Shown here one piece after another: positions 26,191 to 34,785 of a stretch of DNA of 64,000 bases (positions are counted from its first letter, which is position 1; every line of letters starts with the position of its first letter). Below the pieces are notes generated by a model, which saw only the letters and a list, made by a program, of their open reading frames with translations, did not search any database and was not told the DNA's origin. The DNA is from Gemmataceae bacterium (GTDB taxonomy: Bacteria > Planctomycetota > Planctomycetia > Gemmatales > Gemmataceae): positions 4,990 through 68,989 of the forward strand of contig DASRBG010000052.1 in assembly GCA_035653735.1 (NCBI GenBank), given 5' to 3'. A program made the position numbers and the translations under genes.

Positions 26191-28708
26191 CGAGATTGCG
26201 GCGCGTCGGCAACCGGCGCGATCCCTGTTTTTTCTTCGGGGCCATCTCTGCACGCCACATCCACAGCGCGAAGGGCGGCACCAAAAACGGCCGAACCACG
26301 AACGTATCGATCAACACGCCAAATGCCAAGGCGAAGCCGATCTGCACCAGCGTGCTCAATCCACCCAGCATCAAGGTAGCAAAGGTGCCGGCCATGATGA
26401 GACCGCACGAGGTGATCGTGCCGCCGGTGCGCGACAGAGCGCGGCGAATACCCTCGACAGGTCCATGGCGCAGGCGCTCCTCCAGGGCGCGTGTGATGAG
26501 CAGGATGTTATAATCCTCACCCACCGCGACGAGGATGGTGAACAAGAAGAAGGGCACGCGCCAATCGACCAGGCCCAGAGGCCGGCCATTCCACCAGTGT
26601 GCCAGCAGCGTCGTCGCCCCCAGGCTGGCGTAGTAACTGAACAATACCGATGCCAGAAGATAGAGGGCAAACCACGGCCGGCGCACCAGAGCAAGCAGGA
26701 TCAGGAAGATGCCGGCCAAGACCAAGGTGTTGATGCGGAGACGATCGCTCTCCGTGACCTGAGCCAAGTCGCGGGCATTCACGGTGATGCCGTGACATTC
26801 GGCCCGTACTTGCTCCGCTCCCGGATACTTTGGCAACTCCTCGCGCAGCCATAACTGAATCAATTCGAGCGTTCGGACGCTTTCCACATCGAAGGGATCG
26901 GAACGCGGCACCACATCCAGGCGCGTGACGAAGCGCGTCGGCCCTTCGGTTTTCGTGGCGGGCAAGCGGGCGACATAAAAATCACCGGCGGCGCGGTTGA
27001 TCTGATCGGTCAAGCCCTGGACGACGCTGCGCCACATGCTTTTGAGCAGAACATTCTCGTTCCCAGGCTCCGCCTGGGAAGCCACGGCACGTGAGGCTCC
27101 GCCTCGCGTCTTCTGCCCGATGGCTGTAAGCCGATCGCTAAACTCCGATACGGGACTGCCCAAGGGCTGAGTCAGGCTGCGCACCTCCGCGACGTTGTCG
27201 AGGTAGCAGAAACCCTGGCTCAAATGGGAGATGATGGCCCGACCTTGCGGCCCTTCCCAGTCGGTGTTCGATTCAAGCAACACGGTAATGGGGCCGACTT
27301 CGCCGGCGGTGAAGTGGCGCTGGATCGCTGCCAGACCGCGAATACTGTCGCTACTGGGTGACAACTCGCTAGTGGCCCGATAGTTTGGCCGCACCCCGAA
27401 CCCGATAAGGGCCAGCGGCATCAACGTGAGTAGGGCGGCCACACCAATGAGCAGAGGATGGGCAACGACATAACGGCTGATCCGTCCCCAGACTCCCTCA
27501 AGCCGCCATTCCCTGCCGGTGTTCAGTGAACTGCGGAGCGCGGGCGTCTCGCCCGCATAGTGTGAGTGAGAAAGTGGAGCGCGATCGGCGGTTGGCGGAC
27601 GGCGCGGCCAAAAGGCGATGGGACCGAGGATGCGGAGCAGCGCCGGGGTCAAAGTCAGTGAGGCGGCGAGAGCAACCGCGAGGCTGATAGCGATGGCAGG
27701 CCCGCCGCAGCGCACCTTGGCGAACTCAGCCAGTCCCATCAGTCCCAGACCGCAGATGACGGTTCCGGCACTGGCGGCCAAGGCGCCGCCGACACCGCCG
27801 ACGCTGCGTGCCAACGCCGCCGGCCAGTCTCGGCCGCGCGTCAGCTCCTCGCGATAACGGCTGATGAGGAACAAGCAATAATCGGTGCCGGCTCCGTAGA
27901 GCATGACCACGGCGAAAACCTGGCTGATGTTGACCATACAGAAACCGGGGATCAGCGTGCAGAGGGCCAACATCTTGAGGGCGACCCAAACGGAGACGGC
28001 GATGGTACACAGCGGAATGAGGGCCATCACCGGAGCGCGGTGGACCAAAAGGAGAATGACAATGACGAGAATAACGGTCGCCAATGTGGTGCTTTCCAGG
28101 CTGTTGGCACTGGCGGCGATGAGGTCGCGGCCGATGCCTGCTGGCCCGGTCAGATGAACACGAAGTTCTGAGTTCTGAGTTCTGGGTTCTGAGTTTTGGT
28201 TGGACTTGCTCGGAAGTCGGAACTCAGAACTCAGAACTCGACTAACGGCGTCCACTGTCGTTCGCGTCTGGACGGCCATGTAAGGCGTATTGAGCGAAAC
28301 CTGAATCAAGGTACATCGGCCGTCGCCGCTGACCAGTCGTTTGCCGAGGACCGGATCGCGATAGGTGCAAATGCGGGAGATTTGCAGGCTCGGATCTTCT
28401 TGGCGTAGTCGTTGCAAATCGGCGGCGAGGCCATCGACCCTGGCGAAGTCGGCCGGCGTCAAGGACGCATCGGCCCGCTCGACGGTCACGATGAGACGGC
28501 TGGCAAATACGTCTTGCGGAAAGGCCTGTTCGAGCAGTTGATGGCCCTTGACGCTGTCGCAGCGGGCGGGCAGGAAGCGAATGTCGTCATCGGCGGCGCG
28601 CTCGTCCCACTTGGGCGCCACGATGCTAACGACCCCGGCGACGATCACCCAGGCAAGACAGACCAACCACGGATGCGTCGCCGTTGCTCGTCCCAGGTAC
28701 TTAAACAT
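26183..28708 (-). CDS. MMPL family (RND superfamily) transporter
   Basis: 841-aa ORF. N-terminus MFKYLGRATATHPWLVCLAWVIVAGVV. It has two blocks of about six hydrophobic helices separated by large loops, with GTDYCLFLISRYREEL and GEDYNILLITRALEE segments typical of MMPL proteins. Confidence 0.9.
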   Translation of the reverse strand: MFKYLGRATATHPWLVCLAWVIVAGVVSIVAPKWDERAADDDIRFLPARCDSVKGHQLLEQAFPQDVFASRLIVTVERADASLTPADFARVDGLAADLQRLRQEDPSLQISRICTYRDPVLGKRLVSGDGRCTLIQVSLNTPYMAVQTRTTVDAVSRVLSSEFRLPSKSNQNSEPRTQNSELRVHLTGPAGIGRDLIAASANSLESTTLATVILVIVILLLVHRAPVMALIPLCTIAVSVWVALKMLALCTLIPGFCMVNISQVFAVVMLYGAGTDYCLFLISRYREELTRGRDWPAALARSVGGVGGALAASAGTVICGLGLMGLAEFAKVRCGGPAIAISLAVALAASLTLTPALLRILGPIAFWPRRPPTADRAPLSHSHYAGETPALRSSLNTGREWRLEGVWGRISRYVVAHPLLIGVAALLTLMPLALIGFGVRPNYRATSELSPSSDSIRGLAAIQRHFTAGEVGPITVLLESNTDWEGPQGRAIISHLSQGFCYLDNVAEVRSLTQPLGSPVSEFSDRLTAIGQKTRGGASRAVASQAEPGNENVLLKSMWRSVVQGLTDQINRAAGDFYVARLPATKTEGPTRFVTRLDVVPRSDPFDVESVRTLELIQLWLREELPKYPGAEQVRAECHGITVNARDLAQVTESDRLRINTLVLAGIFLILLALVRRPWFALYLLASVLFSYYASLGATTLLAHWWNGRPLGLVDWRVPFFLFTILVAVGEDYNILLITRALEERLRHGPVEGIRRALSRTGGTITSCGLIMAGTFATLMLGGLSTLVQIGFALAFGVLIDTFVVRPFLVPPFALWMWRAEMAPKKKQGSRRLPTRRNLAA
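27534..27556. repeat. solo unit of family I inside the MMPL CDS
   Basis: CGGAGCGCGGGCGTCTCGCCCGC is the exact reverse complement of 48166..48188 (an arm of the intergenic hairpin I1). It contains the mini-hairpin GCGGGCG-TCT-CGCCCGC and encodes ...AGETPALRS... in the inter-domain linker. Confidence 0.8.
28161..28240. repeat. palindromic element family D (GTTCTGA heptamer arrays) inside the MMPL CDS
   Basis: Five tandem GTTCTGA-like heptamers lie at 28165..28199. An 18-bp perfect stem joins 28164..28181 and 28221..28238. It is translated in frame as ...SEFRLPSKSNQNSEPRTQNSELR... in the first large loop of the transporter. Confidence 0.85.
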
Positions 28709-28726
28709 GGTCCGTGTTTCTCCGGC

Positions 28727-28749
28727 GGCTCTCGGCTCTCGGTTCTCGG
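28727..28749. repeat. one-armed heptamer array (GGCTCTC x3) in the MMPL 5' leader
   Basis: GGCTCTC GGCTCTC GGTTCTC GG lies 18 nt upstream of the MMPL start codon (28708) and just upstream of its GGAG. I found no complementary arm nearby. Confidence 0.7.
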
Positions 28750-28865
28750 ACGATGTAATCTTCGGCGGAGCAAGGACACGGCCTGTAGGGAAAATGCAGG
28801 GACGACTTGAGAGACGGAGGATGTCCCGACTTCAGCAAGAGGGGAAAGGTGCGGTTGGCAAAGCA

Positions 28866-28952
28866 TATCCGAGCCGCGCACGCAGCGCAGCGGAGTAAGC
28901 GGTTTCTTGGGGCGACCGCTTACTCCGCTGCGCTGCGTGCGCGGCTCGGATA
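28866..28952. repeat. palindromic element family E, copy 1
   Basis: 37-bp perfect stem (28866..28902 / 28916..28952) with core CGAGCCGCGCACGCAGCGCAGCGGAGTAAGCGG and a 13-nt loop. It lies between the MMPL start and the tRNA, and is not downstream of any gene. Confidence 0.9.
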
Positions 28953-28999
28953 AGGCCGTTGCTGTCCATGACGCCGTTTGCTCTAATGGTTGAGAACAC

Positions 29000-29072
29000 G
29001 CCCCCGTAGCATAATGGACAATGCACTCGCCTTCTAAGCGAGCTTATGCAGGTTCGAGTCCTGCCGGGGGTA
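29000..29072 (+). tRNA. tRNA-Arg (anticodon TCT)
   Basis: Manual cloverleaf:
- Acceptor stem GCCCCCG/CGGGGGT (G1-U72 wobble).
- D arm GCAT-AATGGACA-ATGC.
- Anticodon arm CTCGC-CTTCTAA-GCGAG (anticodon TCT).
- Variable loop CTTAT.
- T arm GCAGG-TTCGAGT-CCTGC.
- Discriminator A. CCA is not encoded. Confidence 0.92.
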
Positions 29073-29326
29073 TTTCCTCGCCTGATAAATCGTGGCGAAC
29101 TTGCCGAATTCTCCGACTTGGCCCTCTCTTCACAAAACACCGCGCTTCGCCTTCCTACGATCCCGTCATCCGGCAGATGCGAAACGACCGAAAGAAGGGG
29201 CGATACTTCGGAAAGGAGCGGTAGGTTGAGTATCACCCCCGACGCTTCCCTTCATTGGCGAAGGAGGAAGTAGCGGGACGGCCCGTGATGGGTCCGTTGC
29301 CGTCTCTGGATAACAGATAGGAATGG

Positions 29327-30475
29327 ATGCCTATGAGCGCTTTGTGGAAATGGCTGCCATCGCTGGGCGGTCCCCTGCTGATCGCAGCCAACGCCTTCGC
29401 CTACTCTCCCGTCGCTGACCCCGGCGAGGACGCCCCGCCCGTCCCCGCCGCGGCGGTCGCCGACGAGCAGCAATTGCGTCCTCTGCTGGACAAACTGACC
29501 CAACTGAGCCAGCTTATCGAAAAAAATGCCGAATCGCCCCAAGCCTGGCAATATCATTCCGAGCAAGCCGAAGTGCTGCTGCGGCTGGCCGCCCAGTCTC
29601 AGGAGAAGGAACGCGAGGGTCTTCTGCGCATGGCGGTCGATGCTTCGTACAGCGCGGCCCTGCTCTGCCCCCGCGAGCAACCCACCGCCTTCCAAAGTCT
29701 GCGGCAGCTGCCCCAATTCCTCGCCAAACAATTTCCGGGCAGCCCGGCTATCCTTTACGCGGTCCTGCAAGAGATCCAGGCGGATTGCATCCTCGTGATG
29801 GAGCAGGGGGGCGACCAAGTCAAGAGCGAGAAGCACCGTTGCGCACGCTTGCTGCAATTTGCCCGCGAGCATCCTGAAATGCCGGAAGCTGCGAAAGCTG
29901 TCCTGCAAGCGGCGCAGACCGCCGAGTCGCTTGGCGCAAACGAGGAGTCGGGCCGGTGTTACCGTTACGTGGTCGAGCACTTCCCCAATAGCGCCACGGC
30001 CCGCAAGGCCGCAGGGGCGCTGTGGCGATTGGGACAGGACCATCAGCCGATGTCCCTGGAGCTGCCTCTCCTCTATTCGTCCGGCAATTCCAGCACTTCC
30101 GCCTTCAACCTGGAGGAGCTGCGCGGCCGTCTGGTGATCGTCTATTTCTGGACGAGCACCAGCGAGCATGCGGCGGATGATTTCGATGTGTTGAAAAAGC
30201 TGACGGATCGCTACGCGAGTCGTGGACTGGAGATTGTTTACGTGAACATGGACGCCGATCCGGCCCAGGGACGGGCGTTTCTATCCGGCCGGCTTACCGC
30301 CGGCGTTCATCTGCACCAGCCGGGCGGTCTCGACGGTCCTATTGCCGAGCGCTACGGGCTCCAACATGTGCCGCAAGCGTTTCTTGTCGGCCGGGATGGG
30401 ACGCTGCTCAAGCACTCGCTGCCGGCCTCTCGCCTGGAAGCCGAACTTGGCGGCGACCTGGCGCATGGCCATTAA
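29327..30475 (+). CDS. secreted helical-repeat + thioredoxin-fold (TlpA/redoxin-like) protein lacking CxxC
   Basis: 382-aa ORF with a signal-like N-terminus. The C-terminal 130 aa aligns by eye to TlpA/ResA-type redoxins (LVIVYFWTSTSEHAADDFDVLKKL ... YGLQHVPQAFLVGRDGTL), but WCxxC is replaced by WTSTSEH. The antisense ORF 29252..30169 looks like a shadow. Confidence 0.7.
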   Translation: MPMSALWKWLPSLGGPLLIAANAFAYSPVADPGEDAPPVPAAAVADEQQLRPLLDKLTQLSQLIEKNAESPQAWQYHSEQAEVLLRLAAQSQEKEREGLLRMAVDASYSAALLCPREQPTAFQSLRQLPQFLAKQFPGSPAILYAVLQEIQADCILVMEQGGDQVKSEKHRCARLLQFAREHPEMPEAAKAVLQAAQTAESLGANEESGRCYRYVVEHFPNSATARKAAGALWRLGQDHQPMSLELPLLYSSGNSSTSAFNLEELRGRLVIVYFWTSTSEHAADDFDVLKKLTDRYASRGLEIVYVNMDADPAQGRAFLSGRLTAGVHLHQPGGLDGPIAERYGLQHVPQAFLVGRDGTLLKHSLPASRLEAELGGDLAHGH

Positions 30476-30494
30476 GCGTCTGCTTGCTTGGATC

Positions 30495-30569
30495 CGAGCC
30501 GCGCACGGAGCGTAGCGGAGTAAGCGGAAGCAGTGTCCGCTTACTCCGCTACGCTCCGTGCGCGGCTCG
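30495..30569. repeat. palindromic element family E, copy 2
   Basis: 34-bp perfect stem (30495..30528 / 30536..30569) with a 7-nt loop, between the convergent stops at 30475 and 30604. It differs from E1 at two arm positions, and both differences are mirrored in the other arm. Confidence 0.9.
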
Positions 30570-30603
30570 TACGAAAATGCCACTTCGTGGTGTGGAAAAT
30601 CGA

Positions 30604-31077
30604 TCACGCGCTGATGCGATGACGGCACATGGTCACGCGGTTGCCGGCGTCGTTGAAACGCACCCAGGTCATGTAGCGCTGCATGAGCAGCAGACCGCGG
30701 CCGCAGGGACGTTCGAGGTTTTCCGGAGTAAAGGGGTCGGGGACTCCTTCGGGTTTGAACCCCGGTCCCTGATCCTCGATTTCGATGAGCAAACACTCCG
30801 GCGTGTGGTGATAACGGAGTTGTACTTCCTTGCTGGGGTCGCTCTGGTGGCCGTGCTTGATGGCATTAACCAACGCCTCTTCCAACGCCAATCGAACGGC
30901 GAATGTTTCCTTTTCGCAATAACCGGCGGATTGGAGGTTGCCGAGGAGCCCCTCGATAACGGGGACAATTTCCTCGGCAGTGCGTAACGTTCGCGTCCGC
31001 CAAGGGATGGCTTGATCGTGGCAGTGGGCTACTGCCCACGGGCAAGCATCCTTTTTATGAGAAGGAACCATTAACAA
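30604..31077 (-). CDS. anti-sigma regulatory factor / Ser-protein kinase of the RsbW-SpoIIAB (HATPase_c) type
   Basis: 157 aa. LALEEALVNAIKHG (N-box), IEIEDQGPGF (G1 box) and GRGLLLMQRYM (G2 box). Confidence 0.8.
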   Translation of the reverse strand: MLMVPSHKKDACPWAVAHCHDQAIPWRTRTLRTAEEIVPVIEGLLGNLQSAGYCEKETFAVRLALEEALVNAIKHGHQSDPSKEVQLRYHHTPECLLIEIEDQGPGFKPEGVPDPFTPENLERPCGRGLLLMQRYMTWVRFNDAGNRVTMCRHRISA

Positions 31078-31229
31078 TCTCCTTCGTCCGCGAGCGAACC
31101 AATCTCGGACTCATCCGAACCACACACGGGGAAAACGAGCATTTTCCGTGCCGGATTCCCGCAGCGGCGCTGACAACGGGGCCTTAGGGTGCTAGACTCC
31201 AATAATCGCGGTATGAAACCGCTCCGCCC

Positions 31230-32465
31230 ATGAAGCCGGAACCCGAAGCGACCATGCAAAACGAACCGAACACCTCGCAAACCCCTTTCCAAATCGATGT
31301 CGCCGACCGCGTCAAGCGTCTGCCGCCGTATCTTTTCGGCAAAATCAATGAATTAAAATACCGCAAGCGCCGCGCGGGGGTGGACATCATCGACCTGGGC
31401 ATGGGCAATCCCAGCGATGTGCCCGATCCGCAGGTGATCGACAAGCTGTGCGAAGCGGCCCACGATGAGCGGAACCACCGCTATTCCGTAAGCAACGGTC
31501 TGCACAACCTGCGACGCGAGGCGGCCCTTCGCTATGCCCGGCGCCATGGGGTGCAACTGGATCCGGACAGCGAAGTCCTGGCGGGGTTGGGGTCGAAGGA
31601 AGTGTTCAGCCATATGTGTCTCGCCCTACTCGGTCCCGGCGACACCGCCATTGTACCCGCACCGTCGTTTCCGATCCACGTTTATGCTGTCGCTCTCGCT
31701 TCGGGCAATGTCATCAGCCTCGACTGCACGCATCCCGACCGATTTCTCGCCAACGTCGCCATCGTCGCCGAGCACCTATATCCCCGGCCCAAGGTACTCA
31801 TCCTCAATTACCCACACAATCCGAGTACAACCGTCGTCGAACGCGATTTCTTTGTCGAGGTGGTGGCCCTGGCGCGGCGTTTCGGGTTCATGGTCATCCA
31901 CGATTTCGCGTATGGCGATGTGTGTTTCGATGGCTATCGGGCGCCGAGTTTTTTGAGTGTGCCGGGCGCCAAGGAAGTCGGCGTCGAGACGATTACCATG
32001 AGCAAGGGCTACAACATGGCCGGCTGGCGTCTCGGTTTCTGCGCCGGCAACGCCGAGATGGTGCGCGCCTTGGCGACGATCAAGGGCTATTACGATTACG
32101 GCATCTTTCAGCCCATCCAAATCGCCGGCATTGTCGCTTTGCGCCACGGCGAGGATCTCGTCGAGCGCCAGGCGCTGGAATACCAGAAACGCCGCGATGT
32201 GTTGGTCGAGGGCCTGCGTCGCATCGGCTGGGACGTGGAATCGCCCAAGGCGACGATGTTCGTGTGGGCGCGGTATCCGCAGGCGTGGCGCGAGCGTATG
32301 GGATCGATCGACTTCGCCATGAAGTTGATCGAGGAGGCAGGAGTGGCCGTCAGTCCCGGCCGCGGCTTCGGCGAAGCCGGCGAGGGCTATCTCCGCCTGG
32401 CCTTGGTCGAGAACGAGCATCGGCTCCGCCAGGCTGTGCGCCAGATCGGCCGCTGCGTGCGTTAG
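31230..32465 (+). CDS. class I/II PLP-dependent aminotransferase (alanine/aspartate aminotransferase-like)
   Basis: 411 aa. [14 protein letters not shown]...[10 protein letters not shown]-like N-terminus, YPHNPST, and [13 protein letters not shown] (PLP lysine context). The start could also be the ATG at 31254. Confidence 0.9.
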   Translation: MKPEPEATMQNEPNTSQTPFQIDVADRVKRLPPYLFGKINELKYRKRRAGVDIIDLGMGNPSDVPDPQVIDKLCEAAHDERNHRYSVSNGLHNLRREAALRYARRHGVQLDPDSEVLAGLGSKEVFSHMCLALLGPGDTAIVPAPSFPIHVYAVALASGNVISLDCTHPDRFLANVAIVAEHLYPRPKVLILNYPHNPSTTVVERDFFVEVVALARRFGFMVIHDFAYGDVCFDGYRAPSFLSVPGAKEVGVETITMSKGYNMAGWRLGFCAGNAEMVRALATIKGYYDYGIFQPIQIAGIVALRHGEDLVERQALEYQKRRDVLVEGLRRIGWDVESPKATMFVWARYPQAWRERMGSIDFAMKLIEEAGVAVSPGRGFGEAGEGYLRLALVENEHRLRQAVRQIGRCVR

Positions 32466-32548
32466 CCGGTTTTCAGTTTTCGGTTTTCGGTTTTCGGAAC
32501 AGCAGCGTGGATCAGTTTTTGTTCCGAAAACCGAAAACTGAAAACCGG
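32466..32548. repeat. palindromic element family C, copy 2 (GGTTTTC heptamer arrays)
   Basis: It starts immediately after the aminotransferase stop codon (32463..32465). Inner stem 32481..32500 / 32521..32540; outer stem 32466..32476 / 32538..32548. The left arm carries one more heptamer than the right, and the loop is 20 nt. The RBS (AAGGAG) of the next gene follows the right arm directly. Confidence 0.9.
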
Positions 32549-32560
32549 AAGGAGTTCGCC

Positions 32561-33121
32561 TTGTTCGACTGGCTTTTTGAAGGCCGCACTGGCGTTTATG
32601 CCGTGCTCGCGGCACTGGTCGTGTTCTTGCTCGTGATCTGGTGGCAGACCCGCAAGCGTTGGCTTCTTCTAGGCGTTGCGGTCGCGGTGGCGCTGATTGG
32701 GTTGTATGCTCTGCTCGATAAAGTGGTCGAAACCGATCGCGAGCAGATTGTCCGGAAGGTCAATGAAATGGCCGCCGCCGTGAATTCGCGCAATCTTGAT
32801 GCACTCTTCGAGAACATCTCCGAGAACTTTCGTTCGCCTTTAGGCAAAGATAAGCAGCAATTCCGCGACTTCGTCGGGCACTATGTCAACGGAGGCATCG
32901 TCCAGAACGTCCGCGTTTGGGACATCGAATTTGACGATAGCCCATCGCGAGAAAATCCACCCGCACGGGTTTTCTTCCGAGCCAGGGCGGAGGAGAATGG
33001 ACGCGGCCTGTTCGCGGATTGCGAGACCATGTGGGGATTTGATTCTCAACACGGCTGGCGTCTGCGAAGCATTCGTCTTTTCAAGCCGCAGACGACCGAA
33101 GAGTGGCCGATTCAGTTGTAA
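32561..33121 (+). CDS. membrane-anchored hypothetical protein (possibly NTF2/SnoaL-like fold)
   Basis: TTG start at 32561, 6 nt after GGAAGGAG. It is in frame with the artefactual ORF 31616..33121, but coding-like codon usage starts only here. Two N-terminal hydrophobic helices are followed by a roughly 120-aa soluble domain. Confidence 0.55.
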   Translation: MFDWLFEGRTGVYAVLAALVVFLLVIWWQTRKRWLLLGVAVAVALIGLYALLDKVVETDREQIVRKVNEMAAAVNSRNLDALFENISENFRSPLGKDKQQFRDFVGHYVNGGIVQNVRVWDIEFDDSPSRENPPARVFFRARAEENGRGLFADCETMWGFDSQHGWRLRSIRLFKPQTTEEWPIQL

Positions 33122-33146
33122 TGACCGGGCCCGTATCTCCTTTCGT

Positions 33147-33169
33147 TTAGCGACGCTTCGCAGAAGCGT
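33147..33169. repeat. solo unit of family G
   Basis: TTAGCGACGCTTCGCAGAAGCGT matches the arms of G1/G2. The unit is itself a small hairpin (ACGCTTC-GCA-GAAGCGT). There is no inverted partner. Confidence 0.75.
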
Positions 33170-33195
33170 TGGGAGCGCGGGATCCGCAGGGCTGT

Positions 33196-33284
33196 GGTCT
33201 CCGGACCGTACCACCCGCGTTGACCGGAGGTCTCCAGAAGTCCGGGAGACCTGCGGTCGGCCGAAGCGGCACGGTCAGGAGACC
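33196..33284. repeat. long imperfect palindrome (family J) with nested GGTCTCC/GGAGACC blocks
   Basis: All pairings share one axis near 33240: outer block 33196..33209 / 33271..33284 and inner block 33222..33235 / 33245..33258. It lies between the convergent stops at 33121 and 33344. Confidence 0.7.
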
Positions 33285-33343
33285 GTGCCATAACACGCGG
33301 AGAGAGCGTGCATGACTTTTGTGACACTCTATAACCGGACGCC

Positions 33344-34609
33344 TTAAGCCGCGCGTTCGACGGCGTGTCGCAAACTAGCGGCCATATCCGTCTTCTCCCA
33401 GCTGAAGCCAGGAAGTTCGCGGCCAAAATGACCATGACGCGCCGTCTCGCGGTAGATCGGCCGGCGCAGGTTGAGCGTTTCGATGATGCCGCGCGGAGTC
33501 AGTTGGAATTGTTTGCGGATGAGTTCGGCAATGTCGGTATCGCGCAGGCCGCGCGCCGCCGTCCCGAACGTGCTGACCCAAATGTTCAGCGGCTCCGGAT
33601 AACCGATGGCGTAGGACAACTGCACTTCGCACTGCGTCGCCAGTCCGGCGGCAACCACGTTCTTGGCGATATAGCGGCCCATGTAGGCGGCCGAGCGATC
33701 GACCTTGGTCGGATCCTTGCCGCTGAAAGCGCCGCCGCCGTGCCGGCCCCGGCCGCCGTATGTGTCCACGATGATCTTGCGTCCTGTCAGCCCGCAATCG
33801 CCGTGCGGGCCGCCTTCCAGGAAGATGCCCGTTGGATTGATGTGGCAATAAATCACTTCGTCATCATGGCGACGCGGCGAACCGCCCGGCGGAATCAGCT
33901 CGATCTGGCTGCGGTCCTTCACGAGTTTCTTGTTCTCCGCTTGCAGGGTCGGAATGATTAGCTTGTTGATGATCTCCTCGCGGGCTTCATCCGAGAACGA
34001 CGAATGGCCGTTGCGATGCACAACCACGCTGTCGTCGTGCTGAGTGGATAGCACCAGCGTATGAATGCGGCGGAATGTGCCGTCCTCGTTGTATTCGACG
34101 GTCACTTGGCTCTTGGCGTCCGGACGGATGAAAGGGAGTTCGCCGCTTTTGCGAAGGCGAGCGTGATTTTCGACCAGGCGATGCGCCAGGTAAATGGGAA
34201 GAGGCATGAAGGTGTGCGTTTCATTGCAAGCGAACCCGAACATCATGCCCTGATCGCCGGCCCCGCCGACATCGACGCCGCAGGCGATGTCGCGCGATTG
34301 GCTGTGCAAATGGCACTGCACCTGGCACGTGTCCGCCGCGAAGCCGATCTTGGGATCGGTATAGCCGATCTCGCGGATGGTGTCGCGCACCAAACGATCA
34401 ACGACAGCCCGGCTCAGATTGGCCTGCGTGGTGATTTCACCGGAGACGATGGCCAAATCGGTCGTCACCATCGTTTCGCAGGCGACGCGGGAAGCTGGAT
34501 CGGCGGCCAAGCAATGATCGAGAATGGCATCGCTAATCTGATCGGCCACTTTATCGGGATGGCCCATGGACACGGATTCACTGGTGAATAAATAATGGTT
34601 CGCACTCAC
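33344..34609 (-). CDS. metK: S-adenosylmethionine synthase
   Basis: Hallmark motifs are [36 protein letters not shown] and [19 protein letters not shown]. The ORF opens at 34831, but the family N-terminus begins at the GTG at 34609 ([13 protein letters not shown]), 9 nt after GAGGA. Confidence 0.93.
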   Translation of the reverse strand: MSANHYLFTSESVSMGHPDKVADQISDAILDHCLAADPASRVACETMVTTDLAIVSGEITTQANLSRAVVDRLVRDTIREIGYTDPKIGFAADTCQVQCHLHSQSRDIACGVDVGGAGDQGMMFGFACNETHTFMPLPIYLAHRLVENHARLRKSGELPFIRPDAKSQVTVEYNEDGTFRRIHTLVLSTQHDDSVVVHRNGHSSFSDEAREEIINKLIIPTLQAENKKLVKDRSQIELIPPGGSPRRHDDEVIYCHINPTGIFLEGGPHGDCGLTGRKIIVDTYGGRGRHGGGAFSGKDPTKVDRSAAYMGRYIAKNVVAAGLATQCEVQLSYAIGYPEPLNIWVSTFGTAARGLRDTDIAELIRKQFQLTPRGIIETLNLRRPIYRETARHGHFGRELPGFSWEKTDMAASLRHAVERAA

Positions 34610-34660
34610 GATAGAGATCCTCAAAAAAATAATAAGCCGGCAACATCGGACACTGGGCCG

Positions 34661-34690
34661 ATTATAGTCAACGGGACGGAAGGGAGGCAA
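34661..34690 (-). promoter_or_regulatory. candidate sigma-70-type promoter of metK
   Basis: On the reverse strand: TTGCCT (34690..34685), an 18-nt spacer, then a perfect TATAAT (34666..34661), about 50 nt upstream of the metK start. This is motif evidence only, and the planctomycete promoter consensus is not well established. Confidence 0.35.
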
Positions 34691-34785
34691 TTTCAACTTA
34701 GGTAATTTGGTGGATTGATAAGGGTATCGCCGCTGGCATCTTTGCGAAAAGCCGCAAAACAGAAACGCGGACCCATCGGTGGAGT

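Noticed and set aside
31616-33121. 501-aa ORF spanning the aminotransferase gene in another frame, the C2 repeat and the downstream gene.
   Set aside because: The first 315 codons are an Arg/Pro-rich out-of-frame read of the aminotransferase gene and of the hairpin. Only the part from the TTG at 32561 (preceded by GGAAGGAG) looks coding.
34610-34785. Possible SAM riboswitch upstream of metK.
   Set aside because: The leader downstream of the candidate promoter is only about 50 nt. I could not find the conserved pairing elements of SAM-I, or the GCUU...AAAGC pseudoknot partners of SAM-II/V. This needs cmscan to be certain.
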